Assembly: GCA_002633005.1 (NCBI GenBank)
Contig: NMRA01000693.1
Location: 124,001-188,000, forward strand
Direction of reading: 5' to 3'
Origin: Phoronis australis
Lineage: Eukaryota; Animalia; Phoronida
DNA length: 64,000 nucleotides
Below are positions 37,501 through 46,500 of this stretch, in pieces. The notes under the pieces are model-generated. The model searched no databases. It was given only the letters and a program-made list of their open reading frames with translations, and was not told the DNA's origin. How positions within the stretch are numbered: the first letter of the stretch is position 1; each line of letters opens with the position of its first letter. Position numbers and translations under genes: made by a program.

Positions 37501-40500
37501 TGGCTAGTAAAATTTTCTACTCTAAGGCAGGTGGTATAAGAAAAGCAAATGAGTACACAGCATCAACTGCCTGACAATAGGATTGTGTATCCTGTTCAGC
37601 TATCATAGTCAAGCCTTGGCCATCAATAAATCTGTTTTGCACAATGAAGGAATAAACTTCCAAAGTATGTATGGTAAGTGCCACATCCAAATTCTTCACT
37701 TAATAAGTTCTACCATCAAAACTTTCCCAGATACCATATCGCCACAAGGCTTACCCTAATTAAGCTCAGCCTGTAAGGCTTACTTTGATAAGGCACCGTT
37801 CACTAGGCCTTACCTTTATTCAGCTCTGCCCTCAAGTCTTCCACTATGGCAGTCTGGGTGTCAATCTCAGCCACAGCCTCGTCCAATTTCTGTTTGAGCA
37901 CCTCAATCTGCTGATTACGCTGCTCCACAGCCTGCGGTGGAACAGGTCACACTAAGCTTATAATGCTTCTGGGCAAAACCCTAATATGATGACTAAATGA
38001 GAAGCCTGGCTGTTAGTCTAAGGTTAGAAAAATGTCCAATTTCGGCCAACTTCGTAACATAAATCCCAGAAATGTCAAATCAAATTCACACAAAACTTTC
38101 AAATGCTATGCTTTATGTAGTGTTGTCTAAAATGATTGATTTTGAAATGTTAAACATTTGCATGAGGGGCTATCAAAAATATGACTTCTGTGAATTTTAA
38201 GAATAAAATCAAGTTGAATGAACAGAAAATGAAATAATTTAGAAAACTGAAGCTTTTAACTTGGAAACTGTAAATTATGAAATTTAGTCGACCCTGTTGT
38301 TTTGCTAGAAAAGTGTGTTTGATTTTAATAAAAAGCATGTTCACATGACCTAATTAATGTCACGTTTATATAAATCAAACAACTTCTTTGAAACTTCTGC
38401 TTTCAATAAATATACTTATGCTGAGTTAATAGTTTCGTAGATATTTGGCTGAATATTCAAACTTGTGGTAAGATCCTACACAATATTAAACAAAAATGCA
38501 GTTTTTAGCCAGATGAGACTAATAAGAACAAGTTATGATAAACTGAGCTTTAAAACTGAACTTTTCATATATAAATTCAAATTCAGACATTCAAAGTTTC
38601 TGCTTCACAAAATTTTGATGCAATCTGAGTATTAAGTAATTTTGGACAAAACCAAGTACAAAAACACAAGCCTTGGGAAATACTACCCAATGAAGACACA
38701 ACGCTACTTTAGCCATATCACAAATGTGCAGGCAAGGTACCTACCTGCGTGAGAGCCGTGACTGATGCCTTCTCTGTGTCCATGTTGGCCGCAATCAACT
38801 GCTGCCTGAGTTGTTCAATCTGATCCTGGCACTCAGCCAACTCGTCTTCCTTATCACCAAGAATAGCCTAGAACACAGGCGCAAAGCCTGACCTTAACAG
38901 CATCAAGCAGATACTGGCGCTAGCATCAGAATGATGCTATCCAAAGCCAAGCAGTTTGGGTTGAGGAGCATGGGGGAAATGTATCAGTTTTTGAAACAGT
39001 TAAATTAATCTTGTTTTTCCATGACCGTAATCAAAATACATCAGTGTCACGATTTTTCATCCAGGACAGATTCATGAATGCAATTGTAAGTACTGTACTG
39101 CTGACCTAGTTTTGCCCCAATAGCTGTGTACTTCAAGGCCTCAGATATATACTTTACACTCACAGGGAAATTGAGTTATTTTTACCATATGTTGGTCAGG
39201 GTTGAGTAAGTTAAATCAGCTGTGTACCTTCCACTCCTCCACCTTCTTGTTCACTGCCACCATAATTTCATCGTCAGCATCGGTCTTAGAGGCAACCTGT
39301 TCAGTCAAGTCTTGAATCTACGGCAATCAGGCGGTACATGTACATTATACAGCACGAGAGCATATGTTACAGAGCATGAGATGATTGTACGGAAACTGAA
39401 TGTATTACGGAGCACGAGATGATTGTACATAAATTGAATGTATTACGGAGCACGAGATGATTGTACGTTAACTGAATGTATTACAGAGCATGAGATGATT
39501 GCACGTAAATTGAATGTATTACGGAGCACGAGATGATTGTACGTTAACTGAATGTATTACAGAGCCTGAGCGTTTTACGTAGCACGACATGACTGTATCT
39601 AAACTGAAATGTATTACGGAGCTGAGATAATAATGTAAATTGAATGTATTAAAGAGTAGATGATAGTATGTAAGTTGAATGAGTTACAGCTGCATGACAT
39701 TAAAATTTTTAATTCTTTAAAGTCATTTAACAGAAGATCTTTATTGGATATACGGCAATGCTTCACTTATTTAGCATGCAATATGGCCAATAAGTAAGAT
39801 ACTTTTTTGTCAAAGAATAGAATCACACTATTGTTTAATATGATAGCCAGGATAGTTTGTAGTGTGTAGATGTCGTAAAACAACATTTGCTTTCTATTAT
39901 GGGTATCCAGGTAAGAAACCTTTGAAAAATGAAATAAAGATAATTTTGTCAATAATTTTTTGTGTGAAATAAGTGGAGACAATTAAAAAACAGGTTCGTT
40001 GTCGAGGATGCTACGGACATAAAATGGTGTTGCCAGGCACTTTTAAGGCACTAGACTGGTCTATGAAGACCAAAACTATTACCTGACTCTTTAATAGTTC
40101 GTTTTCCCTAGTTAGGTTGTCAAGAACAGCATCTGACTGTTGGACCACCATCTGCAAAACACATCATCTGGATGACAAGAAATTCAAGTAAATGGCAACT
40201 CAATAGTTGCTAGGTGTTTCAAATATAGAAAGGATCATCCTTTCACCATCTGAATAGATTGAGAACAGTCAGGAAGCTGTTCATCAGAGTGGGGACTTCC
40301 GTAATAAAGAGCACTATGTGATATGAATACCTGTATTTTACAGGTGTGATAGTTAATTCAGAAATACCTCAAAACAAAGCATAACCTCAACCTTAACTTC
40401 AGCACACATTACAGTCGCACTTATCCACGTCTATTTTGTGGAATGTCCTGATAATTGTTCAATGTCAAAAAAACAAATCACTTCCCATAAAACTTAATAT

Positions 40501-43500
40501 TAAATACCCAACATGATGTCATGATTTATAGTCATATTCCCAGACATTGTCACTAAAACTCCAGAAAAAATTCTCACCAGTCTTTTTAGCCTGCATACCT
40601 TCACTTTTCTATCTAACTACCACCTTAATTCATCAGTTCTTCAGTTCAATTGAATTATTGGATCTTGGTGGTGGGGTTAAAAATAAGTCATTTCCTATTA
40701 AGCTGTGTCTTACTCTCACGACTCTCCATTGAACATGGTCAGCTCATGAGACTGGTTGCAGTCAAGTAGGAAGCCACTTATTGGAATATCCTGCTTATTA
40801 CCATAATTTATGTTCAAATCGCGGGTATGACATTAAGCGGGCTCGCCACTAATACAAAGCTACATGTCCATAAGAGCCAAGCCAGACTCACTTTGAGTTT
40901 CAAATATTCATCCGTTGTCTTCTCCATCTCTTTGACCGACTCTTTCAACTTCTTCTGAAGGTCATCGTTCCCTTCCTGGAGAGTCTTGTTGTCTTCAGTT
41001 AGGTTCTGCCAATGGAGACAGTGGTGACATTCAGAAAAACAAACTTGACAACTCGACAAAATTAAACTATGAAGGTCACGCATTGCAAAACCCAAAGATC
41101 CGGCAGAGTGTGATAAGTGTAGCTGTGTGTGATAAGTAAGGATGAGCTTCCATGGCTAGACTTCTTGCCATGCGTGACATGAGTTTTGTATAGCATGGTA
41201 TGTGTTTTACTCTCATGCTGAGGGGTTTGACTGACTGTTTGGTTACATTTGCTCACGTGGTAAGAGTTTTGCTCCCACGGTAAGAGATTTACTCCAGACC
41301 TGTAGTAAGGCTTTTGCTTCCATGGTAAGGGTTTTACTGCAGCTGTAGTAAGGGTTATGCTTCCATGGTAACGGTTTTTTCCCATGGCAAGAGTTTACTC
41401 CCATGAAAAAGATTTTGCTCATATGATAAGTTTTGTTTAATGTGATATGAGTTCTGCAGTCCAAGGTAACGGTTCAATTACCACACCTGCCATACAGTTC
41501 TGAAAATTCAGGATATTAGATTATTTCTTCTAACATCTTTCTCAGTCTCCCCAGATCTGTATTTCACACTATATTCTCTGTCCCATATCTCATCTGTATT
41601 ACACTATGTCCCTGCTCATTATCTCACCAGCCTATGTGTTATCTCACCTACATTTCCACCAAGGCATCTATCAATTCCCTTGTTTTGCGTGGTGATCTTG
41701 TCTCTGTAGTCTACATCATTATCGTGTCTCTGCATGTGCTCGTTATCTCACCTACCTACTCGTTTTCTCACCTGTATTTCCTCTAACGCGTTCACCAAAT
41801 CCCTGTTCTTCTTAGAGATCTTGTCCCTGTAGTCTACGTCATCTCCACGCCTCATCATCATATTTTCTTTCTGTGACTCCAGCTGGCGCTTGTAGTCAGC
41901 TATGTCGTCGTACAGTCGCTCGTTTAGTCGCTTCAAGTCCTGAAGCTCCTCCTCAGCCTTGTGCTGCTTTTGGGTCGCCTAGCAACATAAAAACTGGTAG
42001 GTAAGCAGTCACAGGTGTTGCAATTACGACAACATTCACCAAGCTTAAAATACTGAATGCAAAATTAATGAAAAATCACTTCAAAAGACTTGACAGAAAG
42101 AATAAACTCGACAGTTGTTAATTAAAAATGTGCGAGGATTCGTTTAAAATGCAGAATGATCCAGTGAACTACCGTTGCTAATTTTATCACCAGTAGCAAT
42201 TGGCATCAACTCAACATCAACCAACAACAAGAGCAACGCAGAGCGTTGAAATGCGCCCATGAATGCACCGCAAATGGTGTGCTTTTAGGGTTGTTTATTT
42301 GTATCATAAAAATGGCCACTAGATGGCGCAAAAACATCCAATCCATCCAAACGGGAACGTGCCATTGGTTCTTTGATAGAAAGCTATTTACCACATTTCC
42401 TAAAAATCTGTCAATGAACTTCGGAGAAACAACGGAAAACAGAACGAAATGAAATTGCCACTAGGGGGCACAGTGTTCGTTGGATCCAAATAAAAGTCGT
42501 CATCATCTGTTGTAAGCTTCATGAAAATACACTTACTAAATTTTATATAAATCCTACAATGGATTTAAGAGATACAGCTATGGGCGCAAAACAAAACAAA
42601 ACTACCACTAGGAGGCGCCACAGTAGTTGAAGTCGTCATCGTCAACCGTCCTCTTCACACTGAGAACATACGTTAATTTTCAGAGCCATCCATAGAATGG
42701 TTTGGTTGATTGAGGGGTGGACTCCAAAAAATTCGAAAACAGCAAAAATGGCCACTAGGTGGCACAAAATACATTGTGGATAGCATCACCTCACCAATAG
42801 ATGCTTATATTAAAAATTTTATAGTAATTTTCATAGTAAGTACATGCCAATTTTCATAATCATCCTCAGTGTGGTCTGTGTGCATATGTACTCTTGAGAG
42901 TGTAAAATAAGATTCAGTCAATATAACTTAGTTTTTCCTTTTACAATGGCACTTTCTTATGCCAAAAGAAGCCTCGGTGTTCGGTTTTTAGCACAGCATC
43001 CTTACTGAAGCACATTGTCACACATAAACACATTAATCTATGCCTGTCTGTAATCAAAGAAGAACATGGAAATACTTACCGAGTCTGTGTTGGCCATCTC
43101 AGTGTTGAGATCTCGCTCTAACTTCTTAATCTCTCGATGGCACATATCCAGGTTATTCTCTAAATCGCGTATCTCCTCCCTCAACACCCGAGTGTTAGCC
43201 GTCGAGCCTGTGGCCATGTCACCACCATATCTCTTCAGGGGAAACAACCAGACATATTAAACACAAGCGATAAATCAGGATGCAAACACTGCCACATTGT
43301 ACTAGGACTGTTCTCCCTCAGCCCACATGAATTTGAAATTGTGCTATGACTGGACATTAACAAGGCTGATAATTGGTTTGGTAAAAGTTTCGTCCATTCA
43401 GAATACAACACGGCGGAACTGAGAAATTTCATTTAGTCGAATTTCTCAGCAAAAATATATGGAAGAAAATTTTAATTCATTATCAGCACAGTGCATACTG

Positions 43501-46500
43501 TACGACTGTGACCAACCACCACGAGTTTTTGAAAAATAAAATGATCATTTTAGTTTCTGGTCATTACTTTTGTTTGAATTTGAAGTAGCTCTACCGCATA
43601 CATCATTCGACAAGGGAGATAATTGTATGTATGAGTCAAAACTCACCAATATACATTATGTATCTTCACAAGGGCAACAATTGCACGATTCCAAAAAGAC
43701 ACCACCTTACCTCTACAGAAAGTGATTCAAAAGGAAATGGTCTCACACAATGTTCTTTCCGCCCAAGCTGACATGGAAAACAGTGCCAACAACTGGATAA
43801 TGCCTTGTCTTATTTATATAAAGAGTACTTCATCTTCTATAAATACAGTGTCTCACAAAACGTGGATCATTTTATAATTGCCTCAACGTTTTAGAGGCTG
43901 CAAAGACAATGTTGAGATAAGCGTGGGAGACCAAAGCAAATAATTTTATTGACATGCTACAAGGTGCAAAATGATTTAGCGTAATGTACAGTACACGTAA
44001 AAAGTAATCAAACAAAATTTTGTTTCCACGTCACGACAGGTTAAACCAGCTACTCCATGATGACTTCTGTGGGAACTCCAGCGTCACCATGGGTGTTAAA
44101 CTCAACTGTCGTGAAGACTGTCTAGATCTATAAATGCACAGGACACAAAACCGTGCCAAGTTTTTGGTACTAAAGTAGTATTGGCACACCCACTTCCTTC
44201 GTGGCTACAGTTTTTGGAAACCTGCAAGACATGAAAACCTTGATGGTTTACAGCTTGCTCTGTGTTAGATTGACAGACAGGAAAAGCCAAGCACATGACT
44301 TTGATTAGCATACAAAGCATAATGAAAAGTGACATGTACTTCAATTAAGAATAGTATTGACCATGCACCAACCACCGCCAAGCCATAACATATCTGCAAG
44401 CTTACAATCAACCGTGCATAATCATGACAGGTGTGTATCATTACACTTCACGTTTGTCTCTGAAATTCATGAAACAAAATATTTTTTCAATTGGTTGTCT
44501 TAAACAGCACTTTTATGACAACTGCTGGCCTTTTTAACCACTGTTCTTTCTTATAATATCCTTAAACTTCTTTTCAATGCAAAAACTATAATGGATATCG
44601 TTTAAAACTTGTTGATTTCTGACAGCTGAATTCCCAAATTAAATAGTCACAGCTGAAAATACAAACACCAATTTGCAGCTAAAAGGCTAAACACAGAATT
44701 CACAAGTTTCATGACAAAAATCCAAGTCTTAGAAAATTACAATGATCTCCATGTCATAGAAAATACTCAATTGCAAGGATTATTTCTATTTCACTGCATT
44801 TCTGTGCTCATAAAGCAGTTGTCAAAAAAGATTTCGTCAAGTTAAAATTACTTTTTGATAATCAACGAAACTTGATCCTTAGTCACAAAGGTAGGTTATA
44901 ACATGGTACCACTCGCAATCTTCAACTTTTTGTTTAATGGCCTATCACCAAGCTAAGTTAAATATTCAGTCAAAATCTTGCCAGGATTGAGACAAAAGCA
45001 CCACCCACCCTTCCACATTTTACTTGTCAGAGGTAGGATTAACAAAGATGTGACAAAAATTGCACATGCTTTGGCAGGACAACACAAATATTAGACTGAT
45101 CAGCACAATCATGTACTGCTGATTAGCTGTACCCATTTTACCTGCGCTTGATTATTCTGAAAAGATCACACAGTACAAAAAGAATGAAGCAAGCATCTCC
45201 ATGGTATTGAATTGTCATATCGCCTTAGGTGTGAAAATATACAGCCTAATGCCTAAACAGCAGTGTTGACACATATCTCTGAGAAAAGTTGTGCAAGAGA
45301 TTTTATTATAGAGACTCCTGCACTTGTCTAAGGTTAATAACATGGGCAAAACCTCTTGGAAATTTCATCAAAATCCCAAGGCTTGCCAAGGCATTTTGAC
45401 GAAATTTCTCACATGAACCGTAAAAACCATCGTTTTTGCTGAAAAAGCTCGACGTGACTTCCAACCACATGACTCAACATTTGTAAAAACATGCTTGCAC
45501 AATGCAAAGTAAACTAGGTTGATTTTTGTTCATAATTTTATTTTAAACTTCACAATTTATTGTAAATTGCATTCAGCTTTTGTAACAAATGTTCAAGTTA
45601 GAATCTGATGAATAGTGTCTTTCAAGATGTGACATTAAAATTGAACAAATGTTTATCAACAACAGTCCGCAGGGCTTCTCCACGCGTTAGCACTGAAATG
45701 ACATTGAATGAGCACAGCTAGACAGCCTCACCGTGTTTCTTGAGTTGGGATATGTCTCCGTCTGAATGCGGATATGGAGTTTGCCGCTAAAGATGGGTCC
45801 GTTTAAGAAGTTGTTTGCATGTGATTCCAACTGGGAGTACGTATAGTTGCAACATTTGATTCGTCAATCATAACCTTGCCACCTTCAAGGAATTCCAGCA
45901 TTGTTTGGATGGCACGCGGTTGGTTGTTGATATTAGTGTTTTGCAGATGATAAAATGTAAGGCGTATGGATTTTCTACTTTGTGATTCGCCCATGTAAAG
46001 TCACAAAATTACATAATTGGTGTTATTAACCAGTCGCGTCGTAACACATTGCGGTCCATGTGAGAAACTAAGCTTTGTGTTCAAACGTTCGCAACAACAT
46101 GACGTGCACAGGCACATTCCAGTTATGGTAAAAAATGTTCAAACTTAAGGCTTATATCACAGCAAATAAAGATCAACATTTTTACAAATATTGCTTGGTT
46201 ACAAATGTACACTGTAAAAAACAATGGAAAGGTAAAATTTTCTTAACAAGTATTTTTACTAAAAAAATGAAATTCCAATTGTCCACCAAACACTGCTTAA
46301 ATTAAAGAATTTTTATAACAGACTGCCCGGCATAACACTGTTCCCATCATGTGGAATGAAGTACAGAATGAAAAGCCACATAATGGCCTTCTACTAAAAA
46401 AGAGGTGTACATTTCATATAATAAGGTGAAAATTTACGATTACCATCAGAATTAAACAACATAACATATGAGGCATGACTGATACAGACATCAATAGCGC

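Noticed and set aside
44102-44344. ORF with a plausible acceptor (ttgcag) as an extra CEP290 exon
   Set aside because: Peptide is not coiled-coil or CEP290-like, and exons 2 and 3 already join in frame
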